64,000 nucleotides of DNA, taken from assembly GCF_032062105.1 (NCBI RefSeq), contig NW_026940030.1, positions 310,001-374,000 on the forward strand, read 5' to 3'. Shown here piece by piece: positions 41,322 to 53,500 of this stretch; positions within the stretch are counted from its first letter, which is position 1, and each line of letters opens with the position of its first letter. A program made the position numbers and the translations under genes. This DNA is from Saccostrea cucullata. Taxonomy: Eukaryota. A model generated the notes under the pieces. It was not told the DNA's origin and made no database searches. It saw only the letters and a program-made list of their open reading frames with translations.

Positions 41322-42790
41322 TCATCACACATGTATTGGAGATGGTTTCTAGAAGTTGGTGATATCATTGAAAGCGTGTCATGTGTGAATTTCATCATAT
41401 TGGAGATGGTTTCTAGATTTGTGGAATGAAACATATTCCTCGTTTATTTCATTACGGGAAATGGTTTCAAGATGTGTGGAATGAAACATATTCCTCGTTT
41501 ATTTCATAACAAAGGATATGGTTTCTAGATTGATTGAATGATTAATTGTATACTGTTTAACGTCCCTCTCCAGAAAATTTCACTGATTTCATAACAAAGG
41601 AGACTTACGGCCTTTGGTTTCGTGCCACATTTGTATGTCTCAACGAAACTTAGTCGCCTTTTACGACAAGCAAGGGGGTTCATTTCATTACGGGAAATGG
41701 TTTCAAGATGTGTGGAATGAAACATATTCCTCGTTTATTTCATTACAGGAAATGGTTTCTAGATGTGTGGAATGAAACATATTCCTCGTTTATTTCATAA
41801 CAAAGGAGATGGTTTCTAGATTTGTTGAACGAAACTTATTCCTCGTTTATTTCATCATACATGTATTGGAGATGGTTTCTAGAAGTTGGTGATATCATTG
41901 AAAGCGTGCCTTGTGTGAATTTCATCATATTGGAGATGGTTTCTAGATGTGTGAAATGAAACATGTTCCTCGTTAATTCATTACGGGATACGGTTTCTAG
42001 ATGTGTTTATTTCGTTTATTTTAACAAAGGAAACAGGAAATGGTCAATTTTTCGGGAAATGGTTTTTAGATGTGTGGAATGAAACATATTCCTCGTTTAT
42101 TTCATAACAAAGGAAGGAGATCGTTTATTTCATCATACATGTATTGGAGATGGTTTCTAGAAGTTGGTGATATCATTGAAAGCGTGCCATGTGTGAATTT
42201 CATCATATTGGAGATGGTTTCTAGATTTGTGGAATGAAACATATTCCTCGTTTATTTTATTACGGGATATGGTTTTTAGATTTGTGGATTGAAACATATT
42301 CCTCGTTTATTTCATAACAAAGGATATGGTTTCTAGATGTGTGGAATGAAACATGTTCCTCGTTAATTTCATTACGGGAAATGGTTTCTAGATGTGTGGA
42401 ATGAAACATATTCCTCGTTAATTTCATTACAAAGGATATGGTTTCTAGATGTGTGGAATGAAACATATTCCTCGTTTATTTCAAAACTAGGGAGATGGTT
42501 TTATTGAATGAAACTTATTCCTCGTTTATGGAACAAAGGATATCATGAAAGCGTGCCTTGTGTGAATTTCATCATATTGGAGATGGTTTCTAGATTTGTG
42601 GAATGAAACATATTCCTCATTTATTTTATAATAACGGTGATGCTTTCTAGATTTGTAGAATGAAACATATTCTTCATTCATTTTATAATAAAGGTGATGG
42701 TTTCTAGATTTTAGGTATGAAAGATATTCAAATATCATAACAAAGGAGATGGCTTCTAGATTTGTGGAATGAAACATATTCCTCATTTAT
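41322..42790. repeat. Tandem satellite, ~55-60-bp monomer with a recurring variant monomer; outlying copies at ~43260-43350
   Basis: About 20 or more copies of GGA(G/A/T)ATGGTTTCTAGAT(T/G)TGTGGAATGAAACATATTCCTCGTTTATTTCAT. Variant AGAAGTTGGTGATATCATTGAAAGCGTG at ~41350, ~41880, ~42160 and partly ~42540. Confidence 0.95.
41529..41680 (-). mobile_element. Probable SINE fragment interrupting the satellite
   Basis: (TTGA)n-like tail followed by TGTTTAACGTCCCTCTC...TAGTCGCCTTTTACGACAAGCA, unrelated to the monomer. Family assignment is from recall only. Confidence 0.45.
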
Positions 42791-43090
42791 TTTTAAAATA
42801 TTTTCTTTAGGATTAGGGTTAATATTTACTATTTGTTTTCTCTATGAAAACTCTTATAACGTTATTGGAGTTGATTTCTTGATAATGCTACAGGAATGTA
42901 AATAAGGCAAACGATAGGTCAGGAGCTAAGGAGGCTAAATATGCATGTAAATCTCGTGCAGCTGTCTAAATGTGTTTGACGACAGCTAGTGGGCGAGGAC
43001 TAATGAAATTGACATTGGAGTAATTCAAATGTATTGGTCTACATTTTAAAAATCTAAATCTACAATTTTTTTCACAATTAAATGGAAATA

Positions 43091-43255
43091 TAAGGAATCA
43101 CTGTCTAGCTAGTATAGTGCCAGGGACATAACAGATAGTGGGAAACGTGGGATAATTTATGCATAATGGGTTTCGCCCGTTATGCAAATCATCCCACGTT
43201 TCCCACTATCGTTGATGCCCTGGCATACTGTACTATAATAGACAGTAATTCCTTA
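43091..43255. mobile_element. Foldback (hairpin) MITE
   Basis: Near end-to-end inverted repeat: TAAGGAAT(C/T)ACTGTCTA...GATAGTGGGAAACGTGGGAT / ATCCCACGTTTCCCACTATC...TAGACAGTAATTCCTTA. Confidence 0.85.
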
Positions 43256-44148
43256 AATAACGAATATGGCTGCTAGATTTGTAGAACGAAACTTATTCCT
43301 AATTTATTTCATAACAAAGGAGATGGTTTCTAGATTTGTGGAATGAAACGGAGATGTTTGCTAAATGTCCAGAACTTCAACACTCAGTAACTTAGTTTGT
43401 AAATAAAACAAGATGTATTCGTGAAAAAGAGATGCCCTTGCATGGTAGCTTATGGCAAAGGATGAAATATATCAAATGTAAGTCAAAAGTTCAAGGTAAA
43501 AATATACTTAAAAATGCTGTTACTCTAAGAAAAGACTTCTTTTGAATACGAATGCCATAAGCACAAACCTTTCAAAGGCTAAGTTTGAGGATTATTAAAA
43601 GTGGGTCTAACTCCAATGTCATGGTCAAAGGTTCAAATTAATGGTACCTAAGGAAGCCTTTATCAAAAGAAAAAAACACAGCATGATAATTTTTTCCTTC
43701 GTTACATCAGGACTGGAACCATTAAATTTACAGATTCCCCTCTTCATCCTTCGATGCTGCATAATAATTAATATTAAAGTAATGCTGCGTATTAAGTGAA
43801 ATTGACATTGTTTGGATAGGTTGAAATAACTCTAGGGTTGTTCTTACATCAATGGCTTCAAATTCAAATGTAGTGATAATACCATGCACTCAACACTTAG
43901 CTTGCTTATTGCAGGAAGCCATTATCATCATGACGGTTGACCAACTTGAACGTTCTTGACATTATACTTTTAGGAGCAATAAATAATTTACGGTAGGTCT
44001 TTCGTATTTGGGTATTTAAATCTTATTCTATATTTAAAAGCAACGAAGCAAAAGAAAGAGTTACCCTCAACGCAAGGTTTCGATCGTGAATGGCTCACGT
44101 GCACATAGATCATTGAAGATCAACACTTCCGCCTCCTTGTAAATCTGG

Positions 44149-47100
44149 ATGTCACAAAGTAAAGGTAAATAAGAATGCTATTCTTTTGTATATTTCATAT
44201 CGATCATTACATGGCACCATAGAATGAGAAAGAAATTTACATACAAGAAGTGATTTTGAATATATGATTACATTCTGTCAGTCAATTTACATCCTGGCAG
44301 GTTTAATATGTGGATTTATGTTCCCGAGGAGATACTGTATTCCAGTTTGTGTTATAAAAACACAGGCCAATGAAAGAATGCACGCATGTTCACAACCGAT
44401 TGAAAAACAAGACAAAATAGTTCAACAAAAACGGAATCAAGTAACCGATTTAAATTCTAGGTGAGGTATTGATCTATTAATCTTTCCAGATGCCCCTGAA
44501 CATTTGGGCAACAAAAGGACGGGTTACATAGGCTGGGACGAGTACTTTATGAGAGTGGCCTTAATTTCAGCAGAAAGAAGCAAAGACCCCGTAACACAGG
44601 TTTACTATTCACAATCTTTTTTCTATATAATATCGATTTGCAAAATGAAGGAAAATACTCAACAAAATAACGTCAGTCTAGTACATGTATATACTTATAT
44701 CCTGTGTCGTTAGCTGAAGAAATTTCAAGTCAATATATACCTGTTTAGCACACTTTAATAGTTATAACGCTTTCCCTAACATACAACCAAATATTTACCA
44801 AATCAATGTAAAATATCTTACATAAAATAACCTTTGTTTTACACTTGCTTTATTGAAGGTTGGTGCCTGCATTGTTAACCAAGATAACAGAATCGTAGGG
44901 ATAGGTTACAATGGAATGCCCAATGGCTGTAGTGACGACGAAATGCCCTGGGGTAAAGGTTTCAAGGACCCTCTCCATAATAAAAAGTTATTCGGTAGGT
45001 ACTAACCATAAACCATAACCATTTGATATTAAATACGTCTTACTTCAATGTTGGTAGCATATGATAGTAATGGTATGGTTTTCATACAAGTATCATTCAA
45101 GTTAATACTTTCATGTCCGAGACTACAAATAAGGTAATACCCCCATAAAGCGTTATGCTCATTAATTATGCAAACTAATACGCGAGTAAATTGATTTATC
45201 ATATACAAAACAGAATACTAAGTAAATGAAATAAATAAATAGATAAATGAATAAAGTAAAATGATACATGTAATTAAAAAAACTAGACAGCTATTTAATA
45301 TCTACAAGTGTATAATTAATTTCCTCAACTAATGTTGCTCTGGACACTAGAACTACATGTATACCTCCTGATATACTTTCAGTGTGTCATGCCGAAATGA
45401 ATGCCATCGTGAACAAATTGTCCGCGGACATCAGGGGTTGTACAATATATGTAACATTGTTTCCCTGTAACAATTGTGCCAAAATCATAATACAGAGTCG
45501 TATAAGAGAAGTTGTGTATTATGACGACAAGAATCTCCACAAAGACGAAGCCAAAGCATCGGTATACATGTTCCAGAAAGCCGGGATTATTGTCAGGTAT
45601 CAACAGAACTTTCTTTGACCGTGTTTAATGTATAACCATGGAATTCAATATCATTATTTTACCCCCCCCCTTCTCTTAAAAAGTGGGAGGCATCTAGAGA
45701 TAGGGAGTCCATCCGAGCAGCCCTCCTACTGTTATGTTTCGGGATAGCCATCCCTTACTCGCAATATTCTTACACCACTAAATCCAATTTATTAAAAGAA
45801 TTCACAAAATATACACAACTTAGTGCCATTTCTCAGATCCTATTTAATGTTTTAATTTTACAGACATTTGGGGTTTCCTCTTACAAAACATCGATTTGTT
45901 ATTCATTGAACGATTGGGAATTGCCATCCTTATCCACAACTCATCTTACAACGAATGTTTTTGTGAATGAATGCAATTTTAAAGTCATTTGCTCTACTGG
46001 TCAGAGACCAGAAGAGCTTAAGCGATAATATATCTGTTTTTGATTTCGATGAACGGTGTTGCCGTGGTTACTAAAAATAGAAATTTGTGTGAAATACTTT
46101 CAAATACTTTCAAAATGCCACTCCAAATACAGTTTTAGTCTGATTATAGTATAATTTGACATGCAAGTATACTACACTGAAATACATAATTATTACTTTT
46201 GTGTTTTTGATTTTGATGATTGATGTTGTCATGGTAACTAAAATTGAAAATTCTGTAAAATTTTATTAAAAACTATTCGTACATCTGTAGTATTATTGCA
46301 ATCTTGCCACACAAAGAGACAATCAACACTGTAAAAAATAACTAGTTAATGTCACGAAGAAAACTAGTAGATTCACTGTCCATACAATCACTACCTTAAT
46401 AGAAGTTTTACCAGATATTTGGTATATTTACCAGATAAGATTAGTAAATTTAGAATTGATGAGTAACTTTCACTAGGTATCTAAGTATCTATACGACCCC
46501 CGCTCCACAACTCGCTATCTTAACCAGTAAACTGAAAGTTTACTAATCACGACCAACGCTTTACGAAACACACTAGTTAAATTCACTAGGTTTTTCTTTC
46601 AGTGAAGGATCATTATTCTAATTGTTGCTTTTGTAAAGTATTAAATCCCAACAGTGAACTGCTACGTAACTTTTCTCTTCCTTTATTATAAGTACAAACC
46701 AGTAGAGCCACAGTATCGAGAGAGACTTCTAGTTTTTACATTATTTTCATTATAGTTATTTACCATAACCCTACTTTTTTTAAGTTTACATTGAAAAGAA
46801 AGCGTTATGTGCCCCTTGTCGTGATTGGGAAAGAACGAAAAAATCCGTCGACAATTCAGTGTGTTAATAATGGTCTGACAATTAATTTGGAAAACGTAGT
46901 CAGCATTTAACTTGATGATAGAGTGTATTTGCTGACAGTGTCATTGTATCGAGAACAGAACTTACAAGATAATGACTATAAACGATTCTTATTTCATTAA
47001 CGTGTTTGTCAATAACTTGTCAATAACTTACCTTGTTTTAAAAAATAATACTGTTCATATGTAGAGCCTGTTCTTGCATATCAAATCAACTAAGGAGATA

Positions 47101-47750
47101 TAAGCCCCTTAGGCAGGTGATGAAGGTATATTGCTACATAAGTGGGGAAAGTTAATGAATGAAAAGGTAAATTCATAAGGTTTATCATAAAGCTTTGCTC
47201 TTAGAATACCATTGTCGTCTTTTTCAAGAAAAATATCCAAAAATGGAACAGATGCGTCAGACTCTGTTCTTTTAGACTCTTTTGGAATCTTTTATTTCAA
47301 GCTCACTGGGATAAATTGTATCGATATAAGACTGGAAAATTAGAAACATGAATATGCCTTTCCTGTAACCCCTAAGGAAAACCATAATTTATCTGCAACT
47401 CCATTTACATTAATAGGCCCGTAGGAAACAATATCAGTTCGGGGGGGGGGGGGGGCACAGCCATACGTTTTCGGTTGGGTGTACTATCCACTACCAAAAC
47501 GTCCATGACAAGCAAAAACAAAAAAGAAGTTTTTATTGAGGGGGGCAAGCTTATATCAGCTATGTTTATCAATTTGTGAGCTCAGTGCTCACAGTGCCTC
47601 ATGTTTATTAAAGAAAATGATTCCTTCTCTTCTCCCCCTTCCCTTTTTGTTATGATACTACATATATTTCTATATGTTTTGATACTAGTTTTCTTTCATT
47701 ACAGGCGCTATATACCATCGGGAAATGGACATCTGAAAAGTAAACTTTGA
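44149..47750 (+). CDS. DCTD: Second, diverged dCMP deaminase paralog
   Basis: Exons 44149-44164 (MSQSK, least certain), 44490-44599 ([25 protein letters not shown]), 44859-44994 (VGACIV...GIGYNGMP), 45383-45596 (CHAEMNA...PCNNCAK), 47705-47750. Internal intron positions match copy 1. Confidence 0.88.
46327..46604. mobile_element. CACTG-terminated MITE (CMC/EnSpm-like)
   Basis: AA|CACTGTAAAAAA...ACTAG and CTAG...TTTTCTTTCAGTG|AA, 2-bp TSD. Confidence 0.65.
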
Positions 47751-48600
47751 CAGAGACAAAAGATAACAGATATCTGGCAAAAACTTATAAGCGGCAAAAG
47801 AGAGCCCAATGGCCTAAAGACATATAATTTATTTGTGACTTACCAGTAAATTGAGGATCCATAAGAGATTAACAGTTTTTGTACGATGTTGAAAGTGATA
47901 AGATCAATTTTTTTGGCGTTGTGCCTTGTAAAGTAACAAATACTGAATGGTTTGTTGAAGTACAGTTCTGTGTGAAAGTAGCTACACAAGTCTTTGATTC
48001 AGCATGAATATTGCTAATGATTGAAAAGGGGCTCTGGCCAGGTTTTTAAAGGGTGCATAGTGCGAGAGAGGGTTTAAGAAATGCCCTTTTCCAGTTTTGT
48101 TTTCAATATAAACGGAAAACTTTTTGAATTACCTAGGATGGTTAAATATTAATTTGTGAACGTATCCCTTATTCTCATTCCTGCTTTGATTTAATACACT
48201 TGGAGTATTCAGTTGAACTAGAATTAAAAGATACCAAGGATTCGGACACTTCTGTTTCATAATTAGATGATTTACTAGAAGAAACATTAATGATAATCTA
48301 CTCTTAAACAAAACTTTGACGATAAACGTAATGAGTTTGAATGCATTTTCTATTGCCTCCTTCATTTTAGTAACAAAATACTAAATTATATATTATACTT
48401 TCATGTAAATTACTTGAATCTGATTCGTCGAGAAACATTTGATAAAAAACACTACTACCCGCTGAATAATGAAGCCACGCCCTCCTGCGTAGCAACAGTC
48501 AACATTGCTTGACGACGGGTGGTATTACAAAAAATAGCGACTGCGCGGAATTTATGCGCGCACGGTTTACTGTAATATGTATTTGTATAAAACATTCAGT

Positions 48601-48758
48601 ATAATATAATAAATATTGCATGTAGTTGAGTGTAGCATTGAAAAATTTCACTCCTGGAAAACCATTGTCAACCTCGTCTGCGCCTCGATTGACAATGGAT
48701 TTCCTGGGGTGAAAATTTTCAATGTTACACTCAACTACATGCAACATTTATATATTAT
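48601..48758. mobile_element. Foldback hairpin, probably the end of a larger element starting near 48388
   Basis: TGCATGTAGTTGAGTGTA(G/A)CATTGAAAA...CCATTGTCAA mirrored by TTGACAATGG...TTTTCAATGTTACACTCAACTACATGCA. Confidence 0.8.
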
Positions 48759-48849
48759 CACCTTCCCATGGAGTTGATTTGATATGCAAAAGTGTGATAT
48801 ACACATGAACAATTTCTAAAATGATGAAAGCTATCGAGTACGCGTAGTA

Positions 48850-49200
48850 GTTGAGACAAGGATATCAAAGAGTTTCGATAAAAGCAATCATTTAGCTATT
48901 CTATAGTCGAAACGACCTTGTTAGCTAATACAGTCTATCATAATGATAGTCAAATGTTGACTGATGTTTTGCATACAAATTATTAAGCTATTGTATTCAC
49001 ATTGAAGTGTCTACGGAGTTTACCGTTTGTCCAATCACGATAATCAGCACATGGTGGGTAAGACCGATCGACAGGGATTGCTTGCATCTACCTGTCACCT
49101 CATCAGGCCTCTGATGTTATAGAGGTTTGTATTTGCTCTGCTCCCATTCTGTATTTTTTTGTGGAGCTTCTTGATTGATAAATCTTCATATTTGTCTCAA
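48850..49200 (+). mobile_element. Degenerate 3' end of a Penelope-like retroelement
   Basis: AACGACCTTGTTAGC...GTCAAATG(T/C)TGACTGA and the GACCG.TCG motif align with 51400-51750. Confidence 0.6.
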
Positions 49201-49599
49201 AACCATATTTTTCGATTTTTTTTAAGGGGTTTCGATCATACACTCTCTCTTGACTGTTATTACATAGGCTACAAGATGGTGAAAGATTGGCTCAATTTCC
49301 CTGTTTTCATGTACTTGCCACATTGGGAATTTCATTCGGAAAACAGAACATTTTTTTTTCATACAAAACGAATTTTACACTTTGTACCAAAAATCCATAA
49401 GCATATAGCTTTGACGAACTAGCATCTTTGTAGGAATACGAGTCTAAGTGTAAAATGTACGTTTTTTTTTTTTACTTTTTAAAAAACTCATTATAAACAC
49501 ACTTCAACGTTAAAGCCAAATTCGTTTTCACTGTGAATTGAATTTCTTCCTCTGAACTAGCTGCAAACTGTTGTGTTATGTATTTATATATTAGTTTTT

Positions 49600-50021
49600 T
49601 ACCGTAACGCTACAAATTCCGTATTGCAAAAATGTGCAATTGATGGTGCAATATTTTTTGCGCACTACTGGGGAGAATTTCTCCACTATCCAGCAATGGT
49701 TAGCCAACTGCCTCCTTACTTATCTTCCAACCCTAAGGCTTTATATTCGTTTCTACAGGTGATAAACTATGAATAGCTTGATTTGAATTGTCTGTCAGAT
49801 TTCAGAAAAATTCAAATCAAGGCTGAAACTATAATGGGTTAGGACTTCGGAGGTATATAAAATATACAGATTGGTTAAAGAATGTGTTTAAAACTAAGAA
49901 GTGAAAGGTAGTTGACTGACCATTGCTGGATAGTGGAGAAATTCTCCCTAACAATGCGCAATAATTCATGCAACATAAACTGCACATTTTTTGCATTACG
50001 GGATTTGTAGCGTTATGGTCA
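49600..50021. mobile_element. Long-TIR MITE upstream of HSPA12 copy 1
   Basis: ~110-bp inverted arms (ACC(G/A)TAACGCTACAAAT...GGAGAATTTCTCCACTATCCAGCAATGG). Confidence 0.85.
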
Positions 50022-50540
50022 AATTCATACTGGGCTTAGTAGATACATAACCCTTAACGCTACAGTTCTGTAGCTACCTCTACACTTGTTGTGAAGTACA
50101 GTTTTAAAATCATTGAATGACGGGCATTTAAAAAAACAGATGATTTTATCAAATAAAATGTGTGCCGCTTTAAAAATACAAAGAAGCAACTTCCTCACGT
50201 TACAAGTATGTTGTGTACATGTAAATCAAGTCCCCACAGGTAGATAAAGTTTAAGGTCATTTTATTGATATTACATGTACTTTCGTTTTAGTTTATATCT
50301 AAGGTAAGAATTTTGTTTTTTCAAAAGCTAACTTCATTTGGTCATATCAAATAATCGTATTAAAATTTTTACCAAATACTGATTTCTGAATACTTTCTAA
50401 AGCCTGTGTTGGTTTACGTTTTAATCGAGAAAGGGGAGGTTACATACATTCATTACGTATGAAGATAGTCAAGTTTTGCTTTGAAAATAACTTTTATTGA
50501 CGTAAAACATTATTATGCTATAAAAATTCAATTCGTATAG

Positions 50541-53500
50541 ATGGCTTCGAGAGAAAAGGGAGAAAACATGTTAATGGTAGCAGCCATAGACTTTGGAACA
50601 ACATACTCGGGATATGCTTATGGAATGCGACATGAACTAGAGGAAGATCCTCCACAATTATTTTGTCCACATTGGCAAGGGAGAGGGAGTATCATCTCAT
50701 TTAAAGCCCCTACAACTGTCCTGCTGGATGAGAACAAAGAGTTTGTCGCCTTTGGATACGATGCTGAGGACCAATATGCAGATCTCGCAGAAGAAGAGAA
50801 ACACGAAGATCATTTTTATTTTTATCGATTCAAAATGATGCTCTATGAAAAAGTTCGCCGAGGGGTTTGTAATGTTAAAATATATTTTTAACTTCAATTA
50901 GGTAATAATTTTAAGGATGAATTTAGTTTTTTTTTCTCCAACAGGAAATAGTTTATTCCCATTACCCCAACATTAAACGTACTCATCCAGTACTGTTGGA
51001 TCTTATGTTTATCATAAAACATAAAATATATCAGAGATAAAAAATTGCTGTGGCCTTCAACTCAACATTTAGATTCTAGTATATCGACGACGTATTGTCA
51101 ATTAACAATTCCTATGTCTATACGATATACCCTGTTGAACGTGAGGTAAAAAATACCACAGAGTTTGTTTGATACTTGGATATTTTACTTGAAGAAGATG
51201 TTAATGGTAATTTAACAACCAAGCTCTATGATAAACGTGATGACTTTAACTTTTCTATCGTCAACCTTATTTATGCAGCAATATACCGTCATCACCTGCA
51301 TATGGAGTTTATATATCTCAGTTGATTCGATACGCAAGAGCCAAGCTCTACGCATGAACAATTTTTAAAACGAGGTAAATTATTGACAAACAAGTTAATG
51401 AAACAAGAATATCAGCAGTCTCGTTTAAAGTCATTATTTCGTAAGTTTTATGGTCGATATAACGACCTTGTTAGCAAATACTAGTATACAATTTATCATT
51501 GAGTCAAATGCTGACTGACGATTTTCATACTAATTGTTAGTCCATTATTCATACACTGAATTGACGACGGATTTTTGCGTTATTTCCCGATCATTACAAG
51601 GAGCACACGGCGCGTGTGACCGGTCGGCATGGGATGCTCATTCCTTAATGCCACCTGATCCATCTCCGATGTTTTGGAGGTCCTTGTTTGCACTGCTCCT
51701 ATTTTGTATTGTCTAAAGGACTTTTGATCTTTAATACTGTTCGTTATCTCCATATGTTTCATGTACTAATACAGTGATATGTATTTTAATTTCCTTCGGA
51801 GATAATGCGTTCATTGCAGTTGCTTTCCTGAAATTGAAAACATGCATGTCAATAAAGCTAAATCTATAAATTGCAATATCATTTTACAGAAACTACCACC
51901 CAAGTTACTTTATTGATCAAACTTGCAAACAAGTACCTACGTAGTATTTTGTATAATAATGCACGTTATGACAGAAATGAAAAATGAATGACCATTTTTT
52001 TTCTTCAAAAATTGCAATACTTTTTTTCCAGCGACTAACGATGAACACAACCGTTCCAGACATTTTAAATCGAGAAGTACCTGCTGTAGAGATTTTTACA
52101 CACGCCATACATTACTTAAAAGAACACCTTTTAAAAGATGTGAAACAGAGAGCAGCCCATGAAGTTGAGGAGACAGATATCCTATGGCTGGTTACTGTTC
52201 CCGCAATTTGGGACGATCCTGCTAAACAATTCATGAGACAGGCCGCAGAAAAGGTGAATAATACCCATAGTTCTATAATGTCTATACTAGTGTATATATA
52301 TTATATATATAAACAAAAAGTATTTTTAAGAATTCTAAAGAATGATAAAAAGCACTTAACAGGTCTGGACGATTTCTAAATATGGAAGTCAAGAACGATA
52401 ACCGAAAGTTGCTATAAATGTACATCAAGTACACGTAATTATTTTTCTGTCCAATCAGACAACTGCATTTTTACACACCCCAAAGAACAAAAAGTTATTA
52501 CGTGCTTTTGTTTTTTTTCCTCAAAAAGATTTTTTAAACAAAAAATTTGTAGAAGTAAGATGAAAACTTTTGAAGAATAAGGTATTCCCAACATTTTTAC
52601 CGTGAACAACCTTGACATTTTTATCTCGGTAAAGAAAAAAAAAATAATTCACGATAGAATGTAATCGTTTACAGAGGTATAGATCGCAACAACAAGTTTT
52701 TATCAAGTTCAATTATAACATTTACCAGAATATACTATATGTTTATAAAATATAATTTTACTTAGCCACCCGATTTTCATCATTGATGCTTAAATTCCAT
52801 GTGTATATAGATCAACTCACACAAGTGTTTATCGTATGGACTATACACATATATACTGACACGCAAAAGAAACGCAACAAGCAGTAATCTACAATTTTTT
52901 GATTTTTTTATCTTAAGACTTTCAAAAATGAATACAGTTAGGCTAAACTCACTTTTCAGAACATCAGAGATTTGATAAAAATGTTAAATGTTTATTTTTT
53001 TACTTTACTAAGTAACACATGACTGTTAAAACACCCCCCTCCCAGCCATTCAAGTAAAACGTGCAAGACTGCCCTAAACAACAATTGCAGCTTAATTTCT
53101 ACGATACAATAGGTTCATCAATATTGAGATCTTAGCGAAGGAATTATTCTTTGTCATTTTTAAATGCACGTTTTTCAGATGATTAGGTCGAATTTTCTCT
53201 AACTTAGAGCAGTGTAGTCAACCCCTGGACTTCCGGTACAAGGACTGTCCTCAGTGAATATGATACGTAAGACCCTTTTGAGACGTTTGTTTTAAATTTT
53301 TGAATCAGCAACTCTCCATCACCTTTAAATTGAAATTTTCCAGCTAGAGCAATGGAAATGCGTACTTAAGCCATTTTCAAGAAGCCTTAGCATCGTTACA
53401 GGAAACGAAAGGAGAGTTTATTTTTTGAAATATTGCTGCATTACTTGTGATGAACAGTTAAAACCCTTAAAACTCCATAATATTGCCAAATATTTTGTTA

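Noticed and set aside
41322-42790. CRISPR-like array or repeat protein (minus-strand ORFs MFHSTHLETIS...)
   Set aside because: Monomers are contiguous with no unique spacers, there are no cas genes, and the context is eukaryotic. The ORFs are short, frame-broken translations of the satellite.
44264-44503. In-frame TGA at 44462 upstream of DCTD copy 2 as selenocysteine or readthrough
   Set aside because: A phase-compatible exon 1 (44149-44164) splicing to the acceptor at 44489 explains the gene. The upstream ORF has no recognisable homology and I see no SECIS.
46058-46238. Two RFX X-box-like motifs (GTTGCCGTGGTTAC, GTTGTCATGGTAAC)
   Set aside because: They sit in two ~167-bp repeat units inside an intron, far from the ciliary genes, so they are most likely repeat-borne.
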